Source of the DNA: Sedimentisphaerales bacterium
Lineage (GTDB): Bacteria > Planctomycetota > Phycisphaerae > Sedimentisphaerales > Anaerobacaceae
Direction: 5' to 3'
Assembly: GCA_963708075.1 (NCBI GenBank)
Contig: OY970194.1
Location: 3,136,001-3,200,000 of the forward strand
Length of the DNA: 64,000 nucleotides
In this document: positions 1 through 9,834 of the stretch, piece by piece
Layout of the letters: the number at the start of each line of letters is the position of its first letter
Position numbering within the stretch: position 1 is the first letter of the stretch
Notes under the pieces: generated by a model
Told to the model about the DNA's origin: nothing
Databases searched by the model: none
What the model saw: only the letters and a program-made list of their open reading frames with translations
Translations under genes and position numbers: made by a program

Positions 1-1016
1 ACTACGACGACTACTGGAAGCAGATGGACCCGGCGCGACTGGCCTCGCAGGTGAATGTGCCGACGATGTTCGTAGGCGGCTGGTATGACATTTTCAACGC
101 CGGCAGTATCGACAGCTTTGTTACGGTAAACAAGCAGGGCGACGTGGGAGCACGCGGCAAGTGCCGGCTGGTCATGGAGGCGTATGGCCACGGGCGGAAC
201 GAGGACCTCGTGTTCCCCAACTCCGCACAACCCCCGGCCGCCGACGCGTGGAAGTGGTTCGACGTCTGGCTGAAGAACGACGGCAAGGGGCTCGAGGAGA
301 TTCCCGCCGTGCAGTACTTCGTCATGGGCGATCCGGCCGACCCCAACACGCCGGGCAACAAGTGGCGAACCGCCGCAGATTGGCCTGTTCCCGCGGAGCC
401 GATCAAGGTCTACTTCTACCCGGATAACAAGCTGCGACTCGCGCCCCCGCAGGACATGTTTGGCTCGCTCGCCTGCAAGTACGATCCGAAGAACCCCGTC
501 CCCACCGTCGGCGGCGCAAACCTGACGATCAGTAAGGGCCCTATGGACCAGCGTTCCGTTGAGGAACGACCGGACGTGCTGCTGTTCACCTCCCCCGCTC
601 TCGATCGGTATGTCGAGATCACCGGGCCCGTCAAGGTCAAGCTGTGGGCCTCCTCGACCGCCCCGGACACCGATTTCACCGCCAAGCTCTGCGACGTCTA
701 TCCCGATGGCCGAAGCATGATCGTCCTCGACGGGATCCTCCGGGCCAGCCGCCGCACCTCTCTGGAGAAGGCGGAGCTCATCGAGCCCGGCAAGATCTAC
801 GAGTTTGAGATCGACCTGTGGTCCACGAGCCTGGTGATCAGTCCGGGTCATCGAGTCCGCGTCGCCATCTCGTCGAGCAACGCCCCGCGCTTCGAGCCGA
901 ACCCGAACACCGGCAAGCCCGCTGGCTCGGATGATAAGACCGAGGTGGCCACGAATACGATCTATATGAACGCGGATCATCCCTCGCATATCGTGCTGCC
1001 GGTGGCCGCACATTGA
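1..1016 (+). CDS. CocE/NonD family hydrolase (Xaa-Pro dipeptidyl-peptidase-like), C-terminal part; 5'-truncated by window edge
   Basis: Frame is open from position 3 (YDDYWKQMD...). Motifs GGWYD, YDPKNPVPTVGG, DTDFTAKLCDVYPDG and ISSSNAPRF match the PepX/CocE C-terminal domain. Confidence 0.9.
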   Translation, partial: YDDYWKQMDPARLASQVNVPTMFVGGWYDIFNAGSIDSFVTVNKQGDVGARGKCRLVMEAYGHGRNEDLVFPNSAQPPAADAWKWFDVWLKNDGKGLEEIPAVQYFVMGDPADPNTPGNKWRTAADWPVPAEPIKVYFYPDNKLRLAPPQDMFGSLACKYDPKNPVPTVGGANLTISKGPMDQRSVEERPDVLLFTSPALDRYVEITGPVKVKLWASSTAPDTDFTAKLCDVYPDGRSMIVLDGILRASRRTSLEKAELIEPGKIYEFEIDLWSTSLVISPGHRVRVAISSSNAPRFEPNPNTGKPAGSDDKTEVATNTIYMNADHPSHIVLPVAAH

Positions 1017-1059
1017 GGGATGAACGCAGGGATTCACGGCATTGGGTGTGACCTCAACA

Positions 1060-2175
1060 ATGAGCGTTGAGAACAGCCGCATTGTGCTCTTCGGCGTGTG
1101 GTGTGTCATTGCTGTTCTGCTGCTGACCTCGAATCCGGTCGATGCAACGAGCAAGACCACCGTACCACTCATCCATGTGACGGACCTGTACCGGCCGCAT
1201 ATCGATCCCGACGATCATTGGGACCTGGCCTGTGTGTACGCGCTAGCCCGGCGGGGCGACGTCGATCTCAAGGCCATTGTCATTGATTATCCGCCCGCCG
1301 AGCCAAAGGGGCACAATCCCGATATCGTCGCCGTGGCGCAGATGAATCGGATCACAGGCCTGTCCGTTCCGGTAGCGGTTGGATCGCCGCATCCGATGAA
1401 GTCACGCACCGATACACAGCCGTATGCCGCCAAATCCGATCTCCAGGGTGTGCAGGTAATACTGAACGTGCTCCGCGCATCTGAGCAGCCGGCGTTGATC
1501 TTTGTCACGGGCTCCAGCCGGGATGTGGCCGTCGCGGGCAAGACGGACTCCGGTCTTTTCGCGAAGAAGTGCGCGGGGATTTACCTCAACGCCGGCACGG
1601 GCTTGCCCGACAAGAATTCATCCGGCAAACTCGAGTACAACGTCTTGCTCGATAAAGTGGCTTATGCGGCGATCTTCGATCTGCCCTGCCCCATCTACTG
1701 GCTGCCCTGCTTCGAGGGGACCGAGTCAGACGGCAGGCCTGTGGTTCGCGAGTACGCCTCCCACTACGCATTCCGTCAGGGCGAGATCCTCCCCAGTCTC
1801 TCCCAGCCGCTCAGGAACTATTTTGCTTGCATGTTCAGCCGCCGCACGACCTGCGACTGGCTCGACTACTTGTCCGGAACGCCTGACAACACTCTGCTCA
1901 CCGAGCAAAGCAACAAGGACAGGCACATGTGGTGCACCGCCGGCCTCTTCCATCTGGCCGGCTACGGTATCTCCGCCGACGGGCAAATCCAGGGACGCGA
2001 TGACGCAAGCGTCTGCACATTTGAGCCGGTGGTGGTCACGTGCGGCGAGGATGGCATACCGCGATGGCGCCAGGACCCCAACTCGAAAAGCCGGTTCATT
2101 CTTTACGTCCGCGACTTGGAACACTACCAGTCCGCCATGACCAAAGCCATGAACTCGCTGCTGGCGAGTAGGTGA
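1060..2175 (+). CDS. Secreted nucleoside hydrolase-like protein
   Basis: N-terminal hydrophobic signal, then IHVTDLYRPHIDPDDHWDLA (Asp-rich DxDD motif of the IU-NH fold) and EYNV motif. Confidence 0.7.
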   Translation: MSVENSRIVLFGVWCVIAVLLLTSNPVDATSKTTVPLIHVTDLYRPHIDPDDHWDLACVYALARRGDVDLKAIVIDYPPAEPKGHNPDIVAVAQMNRITGLSVPVAVGSPHPMKSRTDTQPYAAKSDLQGVQVILNVLRASEQPALIFVTGSSRDVAVAGKTDSGLFAKKCAGIYLNAGTGLPDKNSSGKLEYNVLLDKVAYAAIFDLPCPIYWLPCFEGTESDGRPVVREYASHYAFRQGEILPSLSQPLRNYFACMFSRRTTCDWLDYLSGTPDNTLLTEQSNKDRHMWCTAGLFHLAGYGISADGQIQGRDDASVCTFEPVVVTCGEDGIPRWRQDPNSKSRFILYVRDLEHYQSAMTKAMNSLLASR

Positions 2176-2353
2176 AATCTGTCGCGGACCGGCCGGGACA
2201 AAAAGAAAGCGAGGCCCTCATCGAAGATCGCCTCATTCCGCTAATCGAAGGAGCCACGACGATGAGAGCCACGCTTTTGCTCGGAATCCCTGTGGGGACT
2301 TTACCGTCCGAGCACCTTAAGCCGGCCGCGTTGCCCGGCCTGACAATCCGCTA

Positions 2354-3739
2354 TTACATGTAGCCTTGGGCTACCATGGCATCGGCGACTTTGACGAAGC
2401 CCGCCGCGTTAGCGCCGCGTACGTAATCCACGCAGCCGTTCTCTTTCTCCTTGCCGTACTTGACGCAGTTCTGATGGATGGAGGTCATGATCGTCTGCAA
2501 CTGCTTGTCGACGTCGTCGCGAGAGCGCCGCATGCAGCCTCCGTTCTGGGTCATCTCCAGGCCGGACACCGCGACGCCGCCGGCGTTGGCCGCCTTGCCC
2601 GGGCCGTACAGGATTTTCGCCTCGTGGAACACATCCACGGCTTCCGGCCGACTGGGCATGTTCGCCCCTTCGCTGACGCAGTAGCAGCCATTGGCCACCA
2701 GCGTCCGGGCATCGTCCTCGCCGATTTCATTCTGCGTGGCGCTCGGAAACGCCAGGTCGCACGGCACGGACCAGGGACGTTTGCCCGGCAGGTACTGGGC
2801 ACCCTTGAAGTGCTCGGCGTACTCGCGGATGCGGCCGCGACGGACGTTCTTCAACTCCAGCACCCAGGCGAGTCTCTCAGGGCTGATGCCAGCCGTATCG
2901 ACGATCGTGCCATCCGAATCCGACATCGTGATCGGCTTGGCGCCCAGAGCATTGAGCTTCTCCACCGTGTACTGGGCCACGTTTCCGGAACCCGAGACCG
3001 TGGCGGTCTTGCCTTTGAGGCTCTCGCCTCGCGTGGACAACATTTCGTTGGCGAAGTAGACGCAGCCATAGCCGGTCGCTTCCGGGCGAAGGTTGGAGCC
3101 GCCCCAGCCCACAGCCTTGCCCGTTATGGCGCCGTTGAAGCGATGGGTCAGGCGACGATACTGGCCGAAGAGGAACCCGATTTCCCGGCCGCCCACACCG
3201 ATGTCGCCGGCAGGCACATCGATGTCCGGACCGATGTGACGGAACAGCTCGGACATGAACGACTGGCAGAACCGCATGACCTCGCCATCGCTGCGACCCT
3301 TCGGATCGAAATCGGACCCGCCCTTGGCGCCGCCCATCGGCAGCGTCGTCAGGCTGTTCTTGAACACCTGCTCGAAGGCCAGGAACTTCAACAGTCCAAG
3401 GTTGACCGACGGATGGAACCGCAGCCCGCCCTTGTACGGGCCCAGCAGGCTGTTCATGCGAATACGATAGCCCCGGTTCACCTGGACCTGCCCGCTGTCA
3501 TCCGTCCAGACCACGCGGAACATGATGACGTTCTCGGGCACCACGAGGCGCTCCAGGACCTTGGCCTCGCGATAGGCACGGTTGTTCAGCACGAGGGGCA
3601 TGACCGACTTGGCCACCTCGCTGACGGCCTGATGGAATTCCACCTCGCCGGGCGATTGGGCGATGACTCGCTCCATAAAGGCTTCCACCTGATGGTCTCC
3701 GCCCGATTGTTCTTTGATTCGTGACTTCGCGACAGTCAT
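2354..3739 (-). CDS. gdhA: NADP-specific glutamate dehydrogenase
   Basis: GPYKGGLRFHPSVN, GGAKGGSDFDPKG, DVPAGDIGVGGREIG, RPEATGYG, GSGNVA, KAANAGGVAVSGLEM. Confidence 0.98.
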   Translation of the reverse strand: MTVAKSRIKEQSGGDHQVEAFMERVIAQSPGEVEFHQAVSEVAKSVMPLVLNNRAYREAKVLERLVVPENVIMFRVVWTDDSGQVQVNRGYRIRMNSLLGPYKGGLRFHPSVNLGLLKFLAFEQVFKNSLTTLPMGGAKGGSDFDPKGRSDGEVMRFCQSFMSELFRHIGPDIDVPAGDIGVGGREIGFLFGQYRRLTHRFNGAITGKAVGWGGSNLRPEATGYGCVYFANEMLSTRGESLKGKTATVSGSGNVAQYTVEKLNALGAKPITMSDSDGTIVDTAGISPERLAWVLELKNVRRGRIREYAEHFKGAQYLPGKRPWSVPCDLAFPSATQNEIGEDDARTLVANGCYCVSEGANMPSRPEAVDVFHEAKILYGPGKAANAGGVAVSGLEMTQNGGCMRRSRDDVDKQLQTIMTSIHQNCVKYGKEKENGCVDYVRGANAAGFVKVADAMVAQGYM

Positions 3740-3820
3740 AAATTCTCCTCTAACTTCCGTAGTATCATCTCATGTCTGATGGACTTCGTCCCGATGCAGC
3801 GAGCACCGTCGGACAGCGCC

Positions 3821-4135
3821 TCAGTGTTTCCCATCACAAATTCGCTGGATGGAATCCAGATAGTGCTTCAGCAGCCAGAACTTCTCCAGGAACTCGGGCC
3901 ATCCGCACGCAGGGACGAACCCCTGCCTGGCCTCGGGGCCGATCATCCCACCGCCGGTGGTGATCTGCTTGAGCTCGCTCCACATTTCCGCCCAGACCTT
4001 GTTGGCATCCTGGGCGACCGATTCGGACACCTTCAACAGGTGCTCAAGCTGGTACAGCGGCGTGAATGGCAGCACCGTGGTTTGCTCGTCTGATAGTTCA
4101 TCGCCGTGTATCCTTCTGTGCGGCTCTGCGGTCAT
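3821..4135 (-). CDS. Hypothetical protein (104 aa) upstream of gdhA
   Basis: GGGAG Shine-Dalgarno-like sequence upstream; protein-like helical composition; co-oriented with gdhA. Confidence 0.65.
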   Translation of the reverse strand: MTAEPHRRIHGDELSDEQTTVLPFTPLYQLEHLLKVSESVAQDANKVWAEMWSELKQITTGGGMIGPEARQGFVPACGWPEFLEKFWLLKHYLDSIQRICDGKH

Positions 4136-4430
4136 GGCAATCTCCCGGTCATCACTGCGGACACCTGTAGCTCACCACCTGCGAGGTGGATGAGCACGTC
4201 TCAGCACAACAAGCAACATACGGGGCGCATTGTAGCAGAGCTGTGGTGCAACCGATCCCCAACATGACACACATGCATTCCACAGATTCTGTGTGATACT
4301 GCTCACACACATAATACACATGGATATGATAGCCGCTATGCAACCTCCGCCATGCCCCTCGTTGCCGCACGAATCGCAACTACTTACGTTATATGCACTT
4401 ACGACCATCTCGTGTCATCCAGGAAAATGT

Positions 4431-4459
4431 TTGCCTTTTCCGTCGTGTGCTGCCATAAT
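4431..4459 (+). promoter_or_regulatory. Putative sigma70 promoter for the LuxR-type regulator
   Basis: TTGCCT-17 bp-CATAAT with extended -10 TGn. Confidence 0.55.
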
Positions 4460-4514
4460 GGACTTGTTCACAGAGACGTTTCGCGGATATGTGTGTATTA
4501 GATGGGTAATCGTT

Positions 4515-5594
4515 ATGGCCGATGCTCCTACACGTGCTCAACTCGCGAAGCAAGTCGATACGTTGCAGAAGCGACTCGCGGCGACGGAGGCGGAACATTC
4601 CGGCGTATGCTCGCCGTCCGAGCTCGAGATCGCCTTGCGGGAGCGGATCAAGGAACTCGATTGCCTATATACAATCTCCACATTTAGCGAAATGCATTTC
4701 CAGGCGCCGGACCGATTCCTGCAGAGCGTCGTGGATTGTCTGCCCAAGAGCTGGCAATTTCCGGAGCATGCCTGTGCGCGGATCAGTTATGCGGACAGAC
4801 AGTACATCACCCGGAATTTCGCCGAGGGCAAATGGCGGATGGCCTCCGATATTGTCGCGGAGGGCCGCCCCATCGGCGAGGTGGAGGTCTTTTATCGGAA
4901 GGTCGTTCCGACGGTGGACACAGGGCCCTTCCTCAAAGAAGAGTATGCCCTCATCCGGGCCGTCGCCGAGCGCGTCGGCAGCGTCATGATGCACATGAAG
5001 GCTCTGTCGGACCTGCGCACTGCGCACCGCGCCATCCAGAGGGAGCACCAGGCGCTCCAGGAGGCCAACATCGCTCTGCGAGCGGTCCTGTCCAGGCTCG
5101 AGGAGGAGAAGCGTGGAATCAAGGCGTCCATCGCGGCCAACATTCAAAAGGTGATCATGCCGATCGTGTTTGAGCTGGAGCTTGAGGTCACCGGCCGCCA
5201 GCGATCCTATGCCACCCTGCTGCGCAGGAGCCTCCAGGAAATCACCTCTCCCTTCCTCACGCAGATCGCCCGGGACCACGTGCAATTGACGCCCGTCGAG
5301 ATCGCCATCAGCACGATGATCCGCAACGGGCTCTCGACCAAGGAGATCGCGCAACTGCGCTGCATCTCGCCGGCCACAGTCCGACGCCACCGCGAGAACA
5401 TCCGCCGCAAGATCGGGCTGAAGAACCGCAAGGCCAATCTGGCCACGTACCTGCAAGCCTCGATTGCAGCCGAGTCTGCTCCTGTCGCGGATACGAACGC
5501 GCAGCCCACGGACATGCCCGCCGAAGAGCCGTTTTCATTCCGCGGTTTGGACACGGACGATCTACCGGTGCCAACGACGAAGCCGCACACGTAG
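4515..5594 (+). CDS. LuxR/NarL-type HTH transcriptional regulator with N-terminal GAF-like sensor and coiled coil
   Basis: C-terminal LTPVEIAISTMIRNGLSTKEIAQLRCISPATVRRHRENIRRKIG; N-terminal LRERIKELDCLY...WQFPEHACARI...GPFLKEE domain. Confidence 0.88.
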   Translation: MADAPTRAQLAKQVDTLQKRLAATEAEHSGVCSPSELEIALRERIKELDCLYTISTFSEMHFQAPDRFLQSVVDCLPKSWQFPEHACARISYADRQYITRNFAEGKWRMASDIVAEGRPIGEVEVFYRKVVPTVDTGPFLKEEYALIRAVAERVGSVMMHMKALSDLRTAHRAIQREHQALQEANIALRAVLSRLEEEKRGIKASIAANIQKVIMPIVFELELEVTGRQRSYATLLRRSLQEITSPFLTQIARDHVQLTPVEIAISTMIRNGLSTKEIAQLRCISPATVRRHRENIRRKIGLKNRKANLATYLQASIAAESAPVADTNAQPTDMPAEEPFSFRGLDTDDLPVPTTKPHT

Positions 5595-5627
5595 ATTGTC
5601 CCCTCGCCACGCCCGCCGTGAGAAGGG

Positions 5628-5975
5628 TCATTTCTTCGCATAGGGCGCAAGCTCACGTCTCAGGATGCCCACCAGAACAGGATCGCCGCGCTCATAGATG
5701 TCGGGGATATCCAGACAGATGATCTTCGCAGAATCCTGGCCGTACTTCGTCTCCAGTTCCAGTGCCATGTAGTCCTCCATGACGAAGATAAGGTCGGCCT
5801 GATCCGCCATTGCCTTCGTCACCGGCCGGGCGCACAGCGGGGATATCCCGGCGGAGTTGACTTCCACATCAAGACCGTTCTCGGCAGCCATCTTGCGGAA
5901 CACGTCTGCCGCCGTGGGGCTGCGGTTGATGTTGGCCGCGCAGACGAACAGGTAATGCCGATGTGTCTCGCTCAT
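5628..5975 (-). CDS. Low-molecular-weight protein-tyrosine phosphatase family protein
   Basis: LFVCAANINRS (CX5R P-loop), ADLIFVME, LDIPD. Confidence 0.9.
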   Translation of the reverse strand: MSETHRHYLFVCAANINRSPTAADVFRKMAAENGLDVEVNSAGISPLCARPVTKAMADQADLIFVMEDYMALELETKYGQDSAKIICLDIPDIYERGDPVLVGILRRELAPYAKK

Positions 5976-5984
5976 ATTATCACC

Positions 5985-6017
5985 CCATCGGCAAGCTCGC
6001 GCTTGCCGCTGCCACCC
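5985..6017. repeat. REP-like palindromic repeat (family B, single copy)
   Basis: CCATCGGCAAGCTCGCGCTTGCCGCTGCCACCC matches 55274-55306 at 32 of 33 positions. Confidence 0.85.
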
Positions 6018-6046
6018 GGCAGACACATTGACGGAAGTCGGAGGAC

Positions 6047-8005
6047 TTATCCCGCGCGGCGGTCGTAGGCCCGATAGAGCAGGTCGAGCTCCGCCTGTTT
6101 GGCGTCGTAATCCTGCTGCAGCTCTGCGAACCGGTCGGGATTGCGGTACACCTCCGCGTCGCCGAAACGCTGCTTCATGCCCTCCAGCTCATGCTCGATC
6201 CGCAGGATCATATCCTCAAGCTGATCGATGGAGTATTTATTGAATCGTTTGAGTTCCTCCGGCGTCTTTCGCTCCTGGACAGCCGGTTGGCCATCCACTT
6301 TTCGATTCTTGTCCTCCGTCTTGCGCTGCGCCTCTTGCGCTTCCCTCTGCGCCTCGACGCGCTGGTGAATGATGGAGGCGTAGACGGAATAGGCGGGCGA
6401 GGCGTTGATGAACTCGGCTTTGCCAAGCTGTCGATTGCCCAGCTCGTCGGTGCCGATCACGAGCAGCTTGTCCACGATGCGATCCAGAAAATACCGGTCG
6501 TGGCTGACGGCGATAATTGTGCCGGTGTAATCATCCAGGGCGGTTTCGAGCATCTCGCGGCTGGCGATGTCCAGATGGTTGGTCGGTTCATCCATAACCA
6601 GCACATCGGGCTCGGACAGGACAAGCTTGCAGAGCATCAGCCGGCTGCGCTGCCCGCCGCTCAATTCGCCGCAGAGCTTGAACACGTCGTCGCCGCTGAA
6701 CAGGAACGCACCGAGACGGTGGCGGACCTGTTCCGGCACAAGCTCCGGGTTGATGCTCCATACTTCGTCAAGAACGGTTCGGGCCGGGTCAAGCACATCG
6801 CCATGCTGGTCAAGGTATCCGATGCGAAGGCTCGGCCCCATGCGAATACTCCCGGCGGACGGCTCCATCTGGCCCAGGGCCATCTTCACAAGGGTCGTCT
6901 TGCCCGTACCGTTGGGGCCGGTGATGCCGAGCCGCTCGCCCCTGAGAACGTCAAACGTGAGGTTCTCAAACAGCGTCAAATCACCAAACGATTTGCCCAT
7001 TGCCTCGCAGCGAATCACGAGGTCGCTGCCGCCGTCGGTCTCGGCGAACGAGAATCGGATCGTCCTCTGCTCGACGGGCTTGTCGAGGAAATCAGGATTC
7101 TCCTTGAGCAGGCGTTTGAGGCGGATTTTGCGGCCGCGGGCCGTGCCGCGCATGCCTTCCTGGTCCTTGTTTCGAGCGATGAAATCCCGCGTGCGCTCGA
7201 TCATCTCCGCACGATGGGTGTACTCTCGCTGCTGCTGCAGACGGACGGTATCCCGGGTCTGAATGTAGTTGCTGTAGTTGCCGCTCCAGACGTGGGCCTG
7301 ACGATTCTCCACCTCGATGATCTTGCAGGCGACACGGTCGAGCAGGTACCGATCGTGGCTGATGAGGACAGCGCCTCCCCGGTAGTTGCCCAGGAATCGC
7401 TCCAGCCACTCGGTAGCTTGCAAGTCCAGATGGTTCGTCGGCTCGTCCAGCAGCAGCAGGTCGGTTTCGAGCATCAGCACCTGGGCCAGCCCCAGCCGGG
7501 ACAACTGCCCGCCGCTCAGGGCGCTGGTCTTAGCATGATGCAGCTCCGGCTCAAGACCGATAGCTGCAAGAGTCATCTGGATCCGAGTCTCGTACTCGTA
7601 CCCGCCGGCAATCTCGAATTCGTGGCAAAGCCGGTCGTACTGCCTCATTTTCGCCTGCAGCTCGGCGCCGGCGAGGCTCTCCATCTCATGCGAGGCATCA
7701 TGGATCGCCTGCTGCAAGCGGAGCAGATGCTCGACACCGGCGTGCATCTCCTCCAGGACGGTCCGCTCACCGCTGAACGTGGCCTCCTGCGGCAGGTACC
7801 CGATGCGCAGCCCCTTCTGCCGGATGACCCGGCCGATATCCGGGGTGATCTGGCCGGTGATCAGATTGAGAATGGTCGTCTTGCCCGAACCGTTGGCGCC
7901 GACCATGCCGACCTTCTCCCCCGCGTGGAGTTGAAGATCCAACCGGTCCAGCACGACCTCCGGGCCGAACGATTTATGAATGTCCTGCAATACGACGATG
8001 GCCAA
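6047..8005 (-). CDS. ABC-F family ATP-binding protein
   Basis: Two ABC domains (GANGSGKT, LSGGQ, LLLDEPTNHLD; GPNGTGKT, LSGGQRSR, MDEPTNHLD), no TM segments, C-terminal coiled coil. Confidence 0.95.
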   Translation of the reverse strand: MAIVVLQDIHKSFGPEVVLDRLDLQLHAGEKVGMVGANGSGKTTILNLITGQITPDIGRVIRQKGLRIGYLPQEATFSGERTVLEEMHAGVEHLLRLQQAIHDASHEMESLAGAELQAKMRQYDRLCHEFEIAGGYEYETRIQMTLAAIGLEPELHHAKTSALSGGQLSRLGLAQVLMLETDLLLLDEPTNHLDLQATEWLERFLGNYRGGAVLISHDRYLLDRVACKIIEVENRQAHVWSGNYSNYIQTRDTVRLQQQREYTHRAEMIERTRDFIARNKDQEGMRGTARGRKIRLKRLLKENPDFLDKPVEQRTIRFSFAETDGGSDLVIRCEAMGKSFGDLTLFENLTFDVLRGERLGITGPNGTGKTTLVKMALGQMEPSAGSIRMGPSLRIGYLDQHGDVLDPARTVLDEVWSINPELVPEQVRHRLGAFLFSGDDVFKLCGELSGGQRSRLMLCKLVLSEPDVLVMDEPTNHLDIASREMLETALDDYTGTIIAVSHDRYFLDRIVDKLLVIGTDELGNRQLGKAEFINASPAYSVYASIIHQRVEAQREAQEAQRKTEDKNRKVDGQPAVQERKTPEELKRFNKYSIDQLEDMILRIEHELEGMKQRFGDAEVYRNPDRFAELQQDYDAKQAELDLLYRAYDRRAG

Positions 8006-8475
8006 GGACTACAGACCTTCCGTATAAGAATCTACACTGTATCGCACACACTGCGGCTATGGATCCGCACGTTGTTCGACGGCGACCAGACAATATATGC
8101 TTATGTTATCTACGCGGGCCGACGGATTCAAGTGCGCCCTTGAGGAGAGCAAGTTGACCGTTCCGAGCGGTGATGGTATCCTCGCCTTCAGCCAGGGTGG
8201 CTGCTCTCCTGTTCGGTCTTGAGCGGGGCCTGCGCCTGCGTACAGCCTCTATCAGGAGAAATGTCGCACATCGGGCATCGAAGAGACGAACAATGGACTA
8301 CCGCAGAGCCCTGAGGGTCATCAGTCCCTCGATAGTCGATCCGGCCGGAAAACTCGCTTGCAATCGCTGTCCCGTAGTGGTTTACTTCAATAATTCGCTG
8401 AGTACGAGCGTCTTATGACGCGTAAGGATGGATCGGCAGGAGACATACCATAGACATCGCATTGGAGAGCTCAAC

Positions 8476-9771
8476 ATGGTGAGAAGACGAAGTCTGACAC
8501 GACGAGAACTCCTCAAGAGTTCGGCAGTAGCGGCCGGGTCCCTGGTGTTATCGGGGGCGGCCGGACCTCTGGCTTTTGCACAGGGCAGCGACACGATCCG
8601 CGTGGGCGTGGTCGGCTGCGGCGGACGAGGGTCCGGCGCGGCTCATGACTGCATGAATTCCTCACAGGGCGTGAAGATCGTTGCCCTGGCGGACGCCTTC
8701 GGCGACCGCATGAAAGGCCTGAAGGACGAATTCAAGGTTGCCGATGACCGCTGCTTTGTCGGCCTTGACGCGTACAAGCAGTTGCTGGCCCTGGATGACA
8801 TCAATCTGGTCATCCTGGCGACGCCTCCGGGCTTTCGGCCGGTCCACTTTGCCGAGGCGATCCGGCGGGGCAAGAACGTGTTCATGGAGAAGCCTGTCGC
8901 TGTCTGTCCCGCGGGCATCAAGATGGTGATCGAAGCATCCGAGCAAGCCGGGCAAAAGGGCCTGGCTGTCGTCGCCGGAACGCAGCGTCGTCACCAGCCT
9001 GAGTATGTCGAGACCATGAAGCGAATCCATGACGGCGCCATCGGTGACATCGTCTCGGCCCAGTGCTACTGGAACATGGGCGGGCTGTGGGTCAGCGAGC
9101 GTCAGCCGGGCCAGAGCGATGTCGATTGGCAGATCCGCAACTGGCTGTACTTCACGTGGCTGTCCGGCGACCACATCTGCGAGCAGCACGTGCACAATCT
9201 CGACGTGATCAACTGGGCCTTCAAAGATGAGCAGCCTGAAATGATCCACGGCCTGGGCGGTCGGCAGTTCCGCACGGACCCGAAATACGGCCACATTAAC
9301 GACCATTTCGGCGTCGAGTTCATCTACCCCAACGACGTGCGGACGATCAGCATGTGCCGCCAGATCGAAGGGACCGACGGAAACGTCAGCGAGCGAGTCG
9401 TCGGTACGAAAGGCGTCACCAATTGTGCCGGCGTGATCGACGGCGAGAATTCCTGGCGATACAGAGGCCCGCGAGGCAACGCCTATGTCCTGGAGCATAC
9501 GGACCTGATCAAGAGCATCCGCGACGGCAAGCCGCTCAACGAGGGCAAACGAATCGCCGAGAGCACGCTCTGTGCGATCATGGGCCGCGAGTCGGCCTAT
9601 TGCCGCCAGCAGTTCAAGCGGTCGTGGTTCATGAACCGATGCACGCTGAACCTGTTGCCCCCCGAGGGCCTCAAGCTCAGCGATTCCAAACCCGTGCCAG
9701 CCTTTGCAGTCCCCGGCCAGTACCAACTGCCAGGGTGGGTGCAGGAGGAACGGGGCAGGAAGCGAGGCTGA
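8476..9771 (+). CDS. Gfo/Idh/MocA family oxidoreductase, Tat-exported
   Basis: TRRELLK twin-arginine signal, VGCGGRG, FMEKP, WLSGDHICEQHVHNLD. Confidence 0.93.
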   Translation: MVRRRSLTRRELLKSSAVAAGSLVLSGAAGPLAFAQGSDTIRVGVVGCGGRGSGAAHDCMNSSQGVKIVALADAFGDRMKGLKDEFKVADDRCFVGLDAYKQLLALDDINLVILATPPGFRPVHFAEAIRRGKNVFMEKPVAVCPAGIKMVIEASEQAGQKGLAVVAGTQRRHQPEYVETMKRIHDGAIGDIVSAQCYWNMGGLWVSERQPGQSDVDWQIRNWLYFTWLSGDHICEQHVHNLDVINWAFKDEQPEMIHGLGGRQFRTDPKYGHINDHFGVEFIYPNDVRTISMCRQIEGTDGNVSERVVGTKGVTNCAGVIDGENSWRYRGPRGNAYVLEHTDLIKSIRDGKPLNEGKRIAESTLCAIMGRESAYCRQQFKRSWFMNRCTLNLLPPEGLKLSDSKPVPAFAVPGQYQLPGWVQEERGRKRG

Positions 9772-9834
9772 GCCAGATCGCTGACGCGTGCAGGTTGACA
9801 CGAACTAAGACACCGAACGAAGGAGATTTCAAAT

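Noticed and set aside
2366..3724. 452-aa antisense ORF opposite gdhA, and similar long antisense ORFs opposite the ABC-F, GH127, folC/rhaB and GH172 genes
   Set aside because: Shadow ORFs expected from GC-rich codon bias; the opposite strand has clear family motifs.
8143..8210. Stem AGGAGAGCA/TGCTCTCCT in the ABC-F/oxidoreductase intergenic region as a riboswitch
   Set aside because: No recognisable aptamer consensus; a single stem is insufficient evidence.
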